64,000 bases of DNA from a virus: the IMG/VR virus record IMGVR_UViG_3300044878_000031, positions 1 through 64,000 of that record; one strand, 5' to 3'. Position 1 is the stretch's first letter; the number at the start of each line of letters is the position of its first letter. The translations under genes and the position numbers were made by a program. The notes beneath the pieces were generated by a model. The model was not told the DNA's origin, did not search any database, and saw nothing but the letters and a program-made list of their open reading frames with translations. Of the stretch, positions 9,788 through 19,761 are shown piece by piece.

Positions 9788-10212
9788 CCTTTCTTCCCCT
9801 GTGCCTGTGCTTGCGCTTGGTTGTTCTTGAGGTCACGGATTTGTTTCTCGGTTGGGAGCAACGCACGGTTGGCGTCTTCCGAACAGATACGCAGGATCAG
9901 TCTGTGGTATTCGCGGGGCAAGTCCAAGAACTCAATCACGGACATGTTCCAACGTTTACCCACCTCATTAACATTGTACTGGTAAATAGCCCGATACAGA
10001 CCACCGTATTCACAGTAGTCTTCTTTGACGTGTCGAGCCACCAGAGCCAGCGGTCGCGAACGATCGTTTATATGGTCAAAGACTCCATAGTCAACGTCGT
10101 AGGCATCGCGGAGGATCAGTTGTGCAGTGATGTTGTCGACTTTCTTGGATTGCTCCAAGAGCATCTCTAACTGCCCTTTGACCCCCACGCGGTTCAACCC
10201 GAAGCCCGGCAT
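9784..10212 (-). CDS. Hypothetical protein; probably the C-terminal extension of a -1 frameshift product (tail-chaperone T-like)
   Basis: No clear RBS; frame open back to the T9 run at 10307-10315; WNMSVIEFLDLP segment. Confidence 0.6.
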   Translation of the reverse strand: MPGFGLNRVGVKGQLEMLLEQSKKVDNITAQLILRDAYDVDYGVFDHINDRSRPLALVARHVKEDYCEYGGLYRAIYQYNVNEVGKRWNMSVIEFLDLPREYHRLILRICSEDANRALLPTEKQIRDLKNNQAQAQAQGKKG

Positions 10213-10256
10213 GGCCGCGTGACGCTGTGCGTGAGCCGGATCTTCGGGATTGATTT

Positions 10257-11768
10257 CTAGAGGGAGGTTTTTGAAAGGACTCTGTTGATGCGTTGGGAGA
10301 GAAGGGAAAAAAAAACTCTCCCAACGTCGAGCGGGATCACGTGAGGGTGGAACTTCTCGTCGCCAGAGGCTTGTGGGAAGTTGCAGGCCGGGCAGTTATG
10401 TTTCGGCAAACCTACCAGAGACAAGGTAGAGCTGTCGATGAACTTACCGATCTCTTCGATGAACTTGTTGCGCAGGTCGTCGTCAGACGAGAACATGCCC
10501 ATCAGGCCTTCGATGGTTTCACGGTCAGTACCGATGTCAGCAGACGGAACGTCCACAGCACCAACCCAGTGACCATACTGACGCATGGTGGTCAGACGAC
10601 CTTGGTTAGTGATGTACTCGTCACGCTCTTGACCTTTCAGCGGAACCTGGAACGCGTCTTCCATCATCTTGACAATACCGTCGACCCAGATGTAGCCAGA
10701 GTCTTCGTAGTCTTGCAAGGAAGGTACACGCAGGGTAGCCGATACCACTTCCGACAGAGCGATCACACGAGTGCCGCCACGGACGTGTTCAGCTTCGTAA
10801 CGCTTCAGGTCTTCGTCGGTCATGCGCGCTTTACGCTGAGTCATGCGACGTTGTTGCCAGTCGGTCAGAGACGAGCGGTCAGTCCAGATCAGCTTACCGA
10901 GGTCCAGCAGTTCCTTGATCAGGTTCTTGCAGGAAGCGTCGGTGTTGATGCACGCTTGAACGTACGGGTAACCGTTCGGGTAGATCGCCAGAGCCAGGCC
11001 CCAGAGGATCGCCGGAATGTCGGTAACCTTGATGATCGACTTGAGGTAGTCGACGCTCAGTTCTTTGGCGTTGGTATCGAACACGTACTGGAACGCGAAG
11101 TTCAGCAGGTAGTTGTTCTGATACACAGCGGTGTTGGAGAAGATCAGACCGTTGGTCAAACGACCCAGTGTGATCTTGTCGTTGGCAATACGACGTTCCA
11201 GTTCCAGGATAGCCGACTCAGGCGGAGACTTGAAGCTCAGCCAGATACCGGTGTGCCACAGTGGAACCTGCACGATCGAACCCAGGCCGGTAGCAGCAGC
11301 CACGACCAGTTGAGCACGTTCACCGGTGAGGGTAGCACCACCAGCGTCGAACTTAGGACGCGATGCGCCCATCTTGTGGCCTTCAACTTCCAGATACTGA
11401 CGCCAGTCAGAACCTTCACGCTCCAGTGCAGCAGCCAGCGGGTTACCGCGCAGCAGGGTGTCTTGACCCAGACGCAGCTCTTGAGTCCACTGACGAGTAG
11501 CCGGATCACCCGAGGAGTTGATGTTCGGGTAGTTGTCGATCAGGGCACCCAGGTCGAATACGTCGCCGCCGAGCAGGGACAGGTGTTCGTTGTCTGCGGT
11601 GAAGTCGTAACGGTGGGCTTGCTTCTCAGGCACCGGTTTGGTGTGAGGCAGTTCCTGAGTCACGTTCGGGTTAGTACGTTTGGTTTCGTACTCCGTGGAC
11701 TTAGGCGCTTCTGGAGCTGGAGCAGGCGCTTGAGGCTCGTCTGCTGGATTGGTTGGTTCAGTGGACAT
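10257..11768 (-). CDS. Conserved phiKZ-like protein, putative tail/baseplate assembly chaperone (gp77-like)
   Basis: 503 aa, strong codon bias, C-terminal CPAC motif; ends just after a slippery T9 run. Confidence 0.6.
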   Translation of the reverse strand: MSTEPTNPADEPQAPAPAPEAPKSTEYETKRTNPNVTQELPHTKPVPEKQAHRYDFTADNEHLSLLGGDVFDLGALIDNYPNINSSGDPATRQWTQELRLGQDTLLRGNPLAAALEREGSDWRQYLEVEGHKMGASRPKFDAGGATLTGERAQLVVAAATGLGSIVQVPLWHTGIWLSFKSPPESAILELERRIANDKITLGRLTNGLIFSNTAVYQNNYLLNFAFQYVFDTNAKELSVDYLKSIIKVTDIPAILWGLALAIYPNGYPYVQACINTDASCKNLIKELLDLGKLIWTDRSSLTDWQQRRMTQRKARMTDEDLKRYEAEHVRGGTRVIALSEVVSATLRVPSLQDYEDSGYIWVDGIVKMMEDAFQVPLKGQERDEYITNQGRLTTMRQYGHWVGAVDVPSADIGTDRETIEGLMGMFSSDDDLRNKFIEEIGKFIDSSTLSLVGLPKHNCPACNFPQASGDEKFHPHVIPLDVGRVFFSLLSQRINRVLSKTSL

Positions 11769-11777
11769 CTACAACTC

Positions 11778-12299
11778 CTAGATGCTGATGGCTGGGGTTT
11801 GTGGCAGAACTTCAACGGCCAGGGAAGGGTCGAAGTAGCCGGTGACTTGGAACGCCGAAGGAATCACGACCAATTGATATGACGTGATCCAATTGCTATA
11901 TTCCTCACCGATCGACATGATCGATGCAGTCAGATCAGGAGTCAGTGTCGGAACACCGCCGGTCGACTTGACCAATGCTTCGTGCTTTTGATGGATCTCG
12001 GCCAACTTGTTACTGTATTCAGTAACGTCCTTACTCAGGACAGCAGTGGCTTCCAGCAGACCTTTCTGGTCGGTGACTGCACGAGAAACCAATTCTTTGT
12101 TGCGGATCAGCAACAGGGCGTGCGATGGACTGGTGCGCAGAGCATTACACTCGGCCAGCAGTTGGTCCAGGCTCTGCCAGATTTCCAGACTGTGTTGTTG
12201 ACCGGCCATGAAAGCGGCCAGTTGATTGTCAGTCTTTTGGATCAGACCTTTGCGGGCATTGCGAGCATCTTGTAACGAGGCGGAACGAATACTGGACAT
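11778..12299 (-). CDS. Hypothetical helical protein
   Basis: Start MSSIRS after GAGG RBS. Confidence 0.7.
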   Translation of the reverse strand: MSSIRSASLQDARNARKGLIQKTDNQLAAFMAGQQHSLEIWQSLDQLLAECNALRTSPSHALLLIRNKELVSRAVTDQKGLLEATAVLSKDVTEYSNKLAEIHQKHEALVKSTGGVPTLTPDLTASIMSIGEEYSNWITSYQLVVIPSAFQVTGYFDPSLAVEVLPQTPAISI

Positions 12300-12404
12300 G
12301 CTGGTGAATCCTCTGCATTTGGTTATGTGCCACGTGAAGGATGGAAGAAAGGGCACCTTTTCCTATAATTGGAAGCTTGTGTATTATTTAACAGGACAGT
12401 CATA

Positions 12405-13259
12405 ATGACAATTGATGAACTTGAGGTCTACCTCGACCAGCTTGTTTCACCGGAAGCGACGGAGATGATGGTCGACTGTGCTCGTGTCTTGAGTGAGTCC
12501 GGCTTAACCAGTCACCTGGACGACCTCGAAGATTTGATCTCTCAAGAAGATCAGATTGGCCGTGACGTGACTGTGATTCAGATCCGCCAATACCTAACCA
12601 CTACACTGGAGTCTTGCGTCATTCAGTTCGGGGTTGAGATCCAAGAAGACATTGAGATCAACCTGCGACACCTGACGGCAGTACAGCGTGGTATCAACCA
12701 GATCACCAACTACGAAGACGTAGAGGCTATCGAAGCTCTGTGTCTGTCGGAGAATGATCCAGAAGAACGTTTCGCCGACATGCTCGAGTTGTTAACCGAG
12801 TACACGTGGGCTGACTACTCTTTGCTGATTGACACGGTGAGTCCTTCACTGTTCAAGCGCATTCTGGAGCAGATCACCAAGCCAGATGAACTGGAAGAAC
12901 ACAACACCGAAGAGAACGGTATCTTGGTGCGTACCAAGTCGCTGTTAGTGCAGGTACAAGCTCCGTGGTTGATCGATGAGATCGAAGACGGGTGTACGTT
13001 AGGCTTGCCGACAGACGCGATGCTACTGCGCTTTAAGGCCCGTTACGAGGTGGCACTGGCTCAGAGTTTGGAATGGAATCGTAAGCCTGCTTTACTGGCT
13101 GAACAGTTCCTTCTATATATACTGGCCTCCAACTGCCCGGACGATCAACTGCTGGCAACCGCTCAGTCTGGAGCTGAAGATGTGATCCATCACGTCCCTA
13201 CTCTGTCTGCGATGTCCCGCGCCCTTCAACAACTGTTAAGTCAGGTGGAAAGTAAATGA
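12405..13259 (+). CDS. Conserved phiKZ-like protein (gp79-like position)
   Basis: Acidic ORF coupled to the vRNAP beta' gene. Confidence 0.6.
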   Translation: MTIDELEVYLDQLVSPEATEMMVDCARVLSESGLTSHLDDLEDLISQEDQIGRDVTVIQIRQYLTTTLESCVIQFGVEIQEDIEINLRHLTAVQRGINQITNYEDVEAIEALCLSENDPEERFADMLELLTEYTWADYSLLIDTVSPSLFKRILEQITKPDELEEHNTEENGILVRTKSLLVQVQAPWLIDEIEDGCTLGLPTDAMLLRFKARYEVALAQSLEWNRKPALLAEQFLLYILASNCPDDQLLATAQSGAEDVIHHVPTLSAMSRALQQLLSQVESK

Positions 13260-14569
13260 AGACGGCTGACTACTACTTGTCGGCGTTGAACGCAGGGTGC
13301 TATAAAAAGAAGGCTTGGGTCCTCTCAGTCTTCAGCATCTTGATTGACGCCAAACCCCGTCGTGAACCGTACGAGTTAGTGCGGACTGACAAAGCAATTT
13401 ACTTCCGTGATCCAACTGACTTGGACAACCTTGTGTTGCTCGACGACGCTGACATCAAGAAGCCGTTGCTCAGTTTCAAAGACCGCATTGCTGTGACGCC
13501 TGATCGTGTACCGAACTTGTCGGCGCCGATTACCACTACCTGCGGGAACCTGTTCTTCAACTTCTACGTCCTGATCTACGCACTGGGCAAGAAGATCCCG
13601 TACCTCGAAGGCCGTCAAACGCCTAAAGGTGTGGAAGGGTTGATTCAACCTCGACTGACTTCCAACCCGGTAGAGAACGGAAAGAACTACGATCCGAACG
13701 ATCTCCATCCGATCTACGTCAGTGAGTACAAGAAGTTCAACCGAGCCATGTTTGGTTTGATGGGCTTCACTCAACTGTGTGTACCGTCCGCTACGCCACG
13801 TACGATGTCAACCGACCCACGTATCCCAGAGATGCGTAACAAGCTGCTGGAGAAGTACGCAGGCCGTCTGAATGACCCTGCTGTGATCTCCCTCATCGAC
13901 GCCGAGTTGATTAAGGTCGACAAAGAGTGGATGAAGAACGACCCGGACGGTGGTGACGGTTTCTACGTGAACCCGAACAAGTCTTACGACGTTGTGCGTA
14001 AGAAGGTGTTCTTGATGCACGGTGCTGAGGCTGGCTTTAAGGAAGGTACTGACGTTGACTTCATTCCTAACTCTCTGAACGAAGGTTGGGACATCGAGAA
14101 GCTGCCTTCCATGGTGAACTCCCTCCGGGAAGGCTCGTACAACCGTGGTCGAGACACTGCACTCGGTGGTGAGGCTGTGAAGTTCCTCGGTCGGGTATTC
14201 CAGAACACTGTGATCGCAGAGAAAGACTGTGGTTCGAATCTGGGCTGGTACAAACGTATCGAAGACGAGAACTACCGCAGCTACGTGGGTTTCTACCGTA
14301 TCACTCCTCAGGGTCCGTCTCTGATGGACGAAGCTTATCTGAAAGGTCAGATTGGCAAAGAAGTACTGATGAGAACACCCATGTTGTGTAGGACTCCCAA
14401 AACCGGCTTCTGCGAATGCTGTATGGGGGCCAATAACGCATTGAACCCGACGTCCCTCGGTTTGCTCGCTGCTGACGTAGGTTCCCAGATCATGGGTATC
14501 TTCATGGGCGCGATGCACGGTAAATCTCTGAAGACGGCAAAGTACGACTTCAAGACGTCTATCTTCTGA
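13256..14569 (+). CDS. Virion RNA polymerase beta' subunit (phiKZ gp80-like)
   Basis: beta' Zn site EKDCGS...RTPMLC...GFCECCMG; GRDTALGG bridge-helix-like region; GSQIMGIFMGAMHG trigger-loop-like region. Confidence 0.8.
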   Translation: MKTADYYLSALNAGCYKKKAWVLSVFSILIDAKPRREPYELVRTDKAIYFRDPTDLDNLVLLDDADIKKPLLSFKDRIAVTPDRVPNLSAPITTTCGNLFFNFYVLIYALGKKIPYLEGRQTPKGVEGLIQPRLTSNPVENGKNYDPNDLHPIYVSEYKKFNRAMFGLMGFTQLCVPSATPRTMSTDPRIPEMRNKLLEKYAGRLNDPAVISLIDAELIKVDKEWMKNDPDGGDGFYVNPNKSYDVVRKKVFLMHGAEAGFKEGTDVDFIPNSLNEGWDIEKLPSMVNSLREGSYNRGRDTALGGEAVKFLGRVFQNTVIAEKDCGSNLGWYKRIEDENYRSYVGFYRITPQGPSLMDEAYLKGQIGKEVLMRTPMLCRTPKTGFCECCMGANNALNPTSLGLLAADVGSQIMGIFMGAMHGKSLKTAKYDFKTSIF

Positions 14570-14594
14570 TTCACTCCCTTCAAGGAAACTCGTA

Positions 14595-15461
14595 ATGTCG
14601 AAGAATTCAAAAACCACTTCCCAACAACAAGCACCTCAGGAAGAGATCGTTGATGAGAACCTCGAGAACCAAGTGGATGGCGCTAGCGCTGGCGATGAGT
14701 CTGGCACTGCCGACGCTACCGGAAGCAGCGAAACCAGCTCGACGGACACGTCCGGTGAATCGGACCTGGCTGCCGGTGCCGATCAAGATGCCGCTCAACT
14801 CGAAGCCGCCCTCGCAGCGGCCGCAGCGGCGCCGGGCCCAGTGGAAGTAACTGGTCTGGACACTGCTGAAGAGCAACCGATCAACGATGCTCCTGAAGTC
14901 CCAGAAGCCCCGGCTCAACAAGACAACCCAACTGTAGCTGACGCTCCTGCCAGCGAACCAGTGGTCGTCCGTTCGGCCCGTGCTCCTTCGGTTACCCTCG
15001 AACAACCCCTGACCAAGGCTGAAGTCAAAGTGCAACAGAACAACATCACTCTGCAACTGATCGCCGACAGCCTGCGCACCTACACCGAGCTGATGGCTCC
15101 GAACGTCGTGGCCAACGCTGTTACCGGTAAAGGTCAGCAACTGAACCTGTGGAAAACCATCGACAAGGTTCTGAAGCTCGAAGGCGCAGAGTTCATCAAA
15201 GGCTACGGCATGTTGCTGGGCTGGGTTGCCGAGAACCGTAAAGGTGCTCTGTCCGAGCGTTACATGTACCGCTACTTCCCTGAGCTGGCTCTGGGCCAGG
15301 CTGACCGTCGCAACTTCGACCGCATGTTGAACCTGCTGACTGCCACCGCTGATCCTGCTACTCGCCGTATGGGTCTGCAACAAGTTGATCTGGCTGCCAC
15401 CGTAGCCGGTTTCCGCGACAGTGCGATCCAGCAACGTGTGACCGAGTTCTACTCGCTGTAA
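14595..15461 (+). CDS. Hypothetical, probably virion/head protein with acidic disordered N terminus
   Basis: 288 aa, strong codon bias, AAGGA RBS. Confidence 0.65.
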   Translation: MSKNSKTTSQQQAPQEEIVDENLENQVDGASAGDESGTADATGSSETSSTDTSGESDLAAGADQDAAQLEAALAAAAAAPGPVEVTGLDTAEEQPINDAPEVPEAPAQQDNPTVADAPASEPVVVRSARAPSVTLEQPLTKAEVKVQQNNITLQLIADSLRTYTELMAPNVVANAVTGKGQQLNLWKTIDKVLKLEGAEFIKGYGMLLGWVAENRKGALSERYMYRYFPELALGQADRRNFDRMLNLLTATADPATRRMGLQQVDLAATVAGFRDSAIQQRVTEFYSL

Positions 15462-15520
15462 CACGGCCAAAAAAAAAAGCAGCATAACGAGCGGAGGGTT
15501 TAGCCCTCCGCTCTATGCCG

Positions 15521-16129
15521 TCAGTGAATGGTGTAGTTGATATTCACGCGACCAGTGATTGTGTTGACCCGTTCACGCAACAGGCGTACTTGCTCTGCCT
15601 TGAACTTCATCGACCAGAAGATCCGACCAATCATCTCCATCGAGACTTCTTCAGGGAAGCACAGCTCTATGTTAGCCGCTAGGGACGCGAGATACGTCTC
15701 CTGAAGGTCGTACTGCTGATCCGTGTCCTTGGGTGCGTATTTAGCGCTACGCTCCCACAACGTCACCCTGAGTTGTTGGTAGACTTCTGCCATAAAGAAG
15801 AAGCCTAACACCAGCCCGAGGTTGTGAACCGTATTGCCTACCCAAGTAGGGCCCATCAGGTTCATCGCAAAGCCTACACCCGCCATCAATTCTGACCGAA
15901 CCTTTTCATCCGAGATCAAATCGTTGGTGGTAATGTACGTACCAAACTTTTCAAACAGCGGTTGACGCGGTGACAGCATTACACGAGTGTACGGCTCATT
16001 AGCCACATCCATGATAGCCCGGCGTAGATCAAACATCAGGAACTGGCGCTTGAAAGCGTAGTCCAATTCCAAGTTGAAAGCCGCTACTACAGCTTTATGG
16101 TCGTGTAGTGGGAGTCCGATACCAGACAT
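15521..16129 (-). CDS. Hypothetical protein
   Basis: 202-aa ORF, GAAAGG RBS. Confidence 0.65.
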   Translation of the reverse strand: MSGIGLPLHDHKAVVAAFNLELDYAFKRQFLMFDLRRAIMDVANEPYTRVMLSPRQPLFEKFGTYITTNDLISDEKVRSELMAGVGFAMNLMGPTWVGNTVHNLGLVLGFFFMAEVYQQLRVTLWERSAKYAPKDTDQQYDLQETYLASLAANIELCFPEEVSMEMIGRIFWSMKFKAEQVRLLRERVNTITGRVNINYTIH

Positions 16130-16185
16130 ACAGTTTACCTTTCAGAAGGTGTTGGCATAAAGTGTGGGGACCGAAGTCCCCACAA

Positions 16186-17763
16186 TCAGATCACGTGATC
16201 GGTTGAGAACAACAGGTGAGACACCACTCGACCTCGGAATGTTTCTTTCTTACGGTCGTGGTACTCGATGTGCTTCTCAATGTCTTCACAGACAAGGTAG
16301 TAGAACGTTGGTACTGCATCAGGCCAGATCTTGAAGATCGTATCACGCAGACGCCCCATTGCTTGCAGGTTAGCCTGGCTAGAACCCAATCCATCCGTCA
16401 TGTACACATGGAGTAACTTAGGGATGTCCTGAGCTGTACCAAGTGATTTCAGGGTGGAGACGATGATGTCCGACTCAAGCATCTCATCGAAGTCATCTTC
16501 TGCGGTGTAACGCATGACCTTTAAGTCACTGTGACGCGGACGCAGGTAATCTGCCATCAACGTACACATTTCCACTGTGGCGAAGTACATCAGGCATTTC
16601 TGCCCATCCTTCATTAACCGGCGATAGTTCTGCTGCACTAAGTCAGCATTCATCTCCAGATAAGCCCTTAACGAGTCTTTGTTCTTAGGTTCCATCAGGG
16701 ACTGTTCGAACATGATGTGGGAATAAGACTTGCGAGCCTTATTGATCCACTTCAGACGCGTAGGCTGTCTCAACCGATACGTTATAGCTTCCACTGTGGT
16801 GTAGATCACCCGCTCGCCGTTGTCGATCCGTTCGTGTTTAGGGAACATCACTTCTTTACGACGATTCAGGAAGTCATCGTCACCCTCCAATGTACCGGAC
16901 AGTGACAGCGCTTTCTGACAGTGCATGTACAGGTCTTGGCGATAGTTGAGGTGATAGTCCTGGTGGACCTCGTCAATCAACCGGAAACCAATTCCGCAGG
17001 TCTGGTAGAAGTTCGGTGGTGTGCAACCGTACCCCAGATCCAGAATCCCGTCTTGGAACTTTTCGTAATCCTTCAGGTAATTGTAGAAGGTGGTGTTGGA
17101 GCAGATGATGATTTTGGCATCGAGTGCTCCTTCCTTCGCCAAGTTGGTGAGCAACGAGAGCTGCGCACTTCCTTGAATTACCATCAAGTCACCCTTCTTT
17201 AACTTGAAGGCTGCCTCAATGTCCCCGATCCACTTCTTGATGTACATGGCCTTGATGCAGATAAACACCCGCCGACCATACGCAGCAATCGCAGTCAGAG
17301 CCATGAAGGTTTTACCACGACCGGGATCGACCGTGATAATCTTGCTGACTCCAGGTTGTCCCACATATTCAATCTTGGGAACCTGATCTTCACGAGGTGT
17401 ACGCTTGTCGATTACCGTAAAGTCAGTTGCGTGACCTAGGTTCTCTACCAAGTACTCGTACTGGATAGTTGCATCCGTAATCCCGTAAAGCTTAAGGTGT
17501 TGTTGCAGAGCGCTCAACTCATTCCGATGGAAGTGGAAGAACGACCTGTCTTGGGACACCCCTACAAAGACGCGCAGCATGGCCCGTTGGAATCTGCCGT
17601 TGGGCATCCTCTCGTAACCGTACTGCGCTAAGCCCCGACAAAACTCCATGAGTGCGGACTTGACCCGTGGGCCGAAGTCCGTCACGCGGATGTGGTGACT
17701 CGCGACGGTCAATCGCAAGTCGGGGTTTTTAATGGTAGAGGTGTTCAGAGACATGCTCGACAC
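16186..17763 (-). CDS. SF2 DExH helicase (phiKZ gp75-like)
   Basis: DPGRGKT, IDEVH, LSGT, QAMGRL motifs. Confidence 0.9.
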   Translation of the reverse strand: MSSMSLNTSTIKNPDLRLTVASHHIRVTDFGPRVKSALMEFCRGLAQYGYERMPNGRFQRAMLRVFVGVSQDRSFFHFHRNELSALQQHLKLYGITDATIQYEYLVENLGHATDFTVIDKRTPREDQVPKIEYVGQPGVSKIITVDPGRGKTFMALTAIAAYGRRVFICIKAMYIKKWIGDIEAAFKLKKGDLMVIQGSAQLSLLTNLAKEGALDAKIIICSNTTFYNYLKDYEKFQDGILDLGYGCTPPNFYQTCGIGFRLIDEVHQDYHLNYRQDLYMHCQKALSLSGTLEGDDDFLNRRKEVMFPKHERIDNGERVIYTTVEAITYRLRQPTRLKWINKARKSYSHIMFEQSLMEPKNKDSLRAYLEMNADLVQQNYRRLMKDGQKCLMYFATVEMCTLMADYLRPRHSDLKVMRYTAEDDFDEMLESDIIVSTLKSLGTAQDIPKLLHVYMTDGLGSSQANLQAMGRLRDTIFKIWPDAVPTFYYLVCEDIEKHIEYHDRKKETFRGRVVSHLLFSTDHVI

Positions 17764-17781
17764 GGCCTACCTCCTTACACA

Positions 17782-19752
17782 CTACTTCTTCCTGGTCAAG
17801 TCCCCCATCATCAAAGCATCCAGCGGGTGATCTGGACGATCTTTCAGAATGAAGGTACGGATGTCTTGGAGCGTAGCCCCCTGACGTTCGTAAGCCATGG
17901 ATGCAGCCAAGCTGCGGTAGTCCATGTTATCCTCGTAGTAGCCCACCTCACCGTTCTCACGGTCCAGTGGCAACCGGTGGTCACGACCTTCGATGCTTTC
18001 CACCATGGTGGACAGGATGATCACTTCCAAGTGTTGGATGTTCACCGAGAGCTTCGAGCTGATCAGCCCGTAGAACGCAAACAACGCTTCTTCGGTGTTC
18101 GAGTAGGTACTCGACGACTGAACACGCGAACGCTTACCACGCTGTTTCCCTTTGCGAGTAGGAGCTGCCTTAATGAACCGCTCGATCTCGCCCATGTATT
18201 CCACCATGTTGGTGTGTTTCATCGGGAGTTTGAACAGTACATCAGTGTAGTCCCAGCCACTCAGGTCAATAACGTAATCGCCCCGCGCAGTCAAGTCCCA
18301 TCCGGTACGCTTGATGTAGATCAGTGCTTCTTCGGTCAGATACGACAGACGCGAACCCATCGAGACCGACAGGTTAACTTTGTCTGCTGTGTCTTCTGGC
18401 CCTGGGATCTCCAACGTAATGTCGATGATCTCAGACAACTTCTCCAGCGGTAGAGCACGAACCGTACGTACCCGATTGAGGTCAGGTAGGCGTGGCGCGT
18501 AATCCGCAGGAATGATCATCTTCACAGCTTGACCGGCTAGGTCAGCATTCAGCTTGATCTCGTTACCAGAAGTCCCCAGTCGCAAGAACGCTGCATCGTG
18601 CTCGTTGATTTCGAAATCGTCAACGACCGAGCTACCGTCCAAGTGTTTCGTGGACAGAACGTTCTGGGATACCAGCTCACATAGAGTGGTGGCACTTACG
18701 TGACCCAATACAGTGTGCGGAGGAATCGAGAAGGCCAGCTCACCCATGCAGGTAGAGCAAACACCGTAACGATCCGGGTGGCGACACTTCAGTACGGTAC
18801 GGACATGGACTTCAGTACCGATCAGGAACCGCTCACCTTTCAGGATTGGTTTCAGGCCCTCAGGGGTAACCCGATACTTACCTTCCAGTGCCGAGAAGTT
18901 CCCAGCCGTTACCCGCCACATCATGGTTCCAGTAGAACCACAGTCGCCGTAGTGGATATGTTGCAACGTCGCACAACCCAACTGCATCTTCCGGTTGAAG
19001 TACTCGGAATCGGCTACTGGGTCTTTGGCCGCCCACAGTGCCTTAGAGGCAGAGCGGGATTCGATCAGTGCGTCGTACAGGTTGACCAGACCTTGTGTGT
19101 AGTTGCGCATCACCGGCTCATGGAAGATCCGGGAGTCGATGTCAGTTAGGAAGCCCCGCAGAGAAACTACCTGCAAGACCTGACCCATACTCACCAAGCC
19201 AGACTTCACAGCCTTGCCGATGGGATTACCGACCAGTTCATTCTCATCCATCAGTACAGCCTTCACAGCGCGATAAGTATCATCGATGCTGTTCTGGGTT
19301 GGCTTCGCATCGGCGTTTGCCTTAGCGATCTTCGGATGACGGATTACGTCAGTGAAGTCCGTGATGCAAATGCTGGCGGCGTGTTCCTCCAGCGTAGTCA
19401 CGGTGCCGTTGTAGATGGCTTGTTCCACGTCGTAGATCTGACCAGACCACTCGGCGTTATCGAATGCTACATTGTTAGCAGTGCAGTAGTCGATTGCCAA
19501 ACTGCGACCAAAGGCCATCAGGTTGTTAAACGTGTTCTTGGTCAGACGCTCAGAACCCATGTGCGACTTCTTCAGATGAGGAAGCTGCGGGTATTGACGG
19601 TTAAAGATTGCACAGTACCAGGAATAGATGGTGGCTTCACGCTCCACCTCCAAATCCCCGTCATCGAACGTGATGATGAACTTGTCGTCTGGGAAAGTCC
19701 AAACGTCTTCTTCAGACTGCTGGTAGATCTCGCGGGCTGGGTAGCGATTCAT
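17782..19752 (-). CDS. Non-virion RNAP beta' C-terminal subunit (gp74-like)
   Basis: AVKSG, RNYTQGL, YFNRKM, DCGS...RTVLKC...GVCSTCMG, QNVLSTKH, HLEVII. Confidence 0.85.
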   Translation of the reverse strand: MNRYPAREIYQQSEEDVWTFPDDKFIITFDDGDLEVEREATIYSWYCAIFNRQYPQLPHLKKSHMGSERLTKNTFNNLMAFGRSLAIDYCTANNVAFDNAEWSGQIYDVEQAIYNGTVTTLEEHAASICITDFTDVIRHPKIAKANADAKPTQNSIDDTYRAVKAVLMDENELVGNPIGKAVKSGLVSMGQVLQVVSLRGFLTDIDSRIFHEPVMRNYTQGLVNLYDALIESRSASKALWAAKDPVADSEYFNRKMQLGCATLQHIHYGDCGSTGTMMWRVTAGNFSALEGKYRVTPEGLKPILKGERFLIGTEVHVRTVLKCRHPDRYGVCSTCMGELAFSIPPHTVLGHVSATTLCELVSQNVLSTKHLDGSSVVDDFEINEHDAAFLRLGTSGNEIKLNADLAGQAVKMIIPADYAPRLPDLNRVRTVRALPLEKLSEIIDITLEIPGPEDTADKVNLSVSMGSRLSYLTEEALIYIKRTGWDLTARGDYVIDLSGWDYTDVLFKLPMKHTNMVEYMGEIERFIKAAPTRKGKQRGKRSRVQSSSTYSNTEEALFAFYGLISSKLSVNIQHLEVIILSTMVESIEGRDHRLPLDRENGEVGYYEDNMDYRSLAASMAYERQGATLQDIRTFILKDRPDHPLDALMMGDLTRKK

Positions 19753-19761
19753 GTGTCCTCC

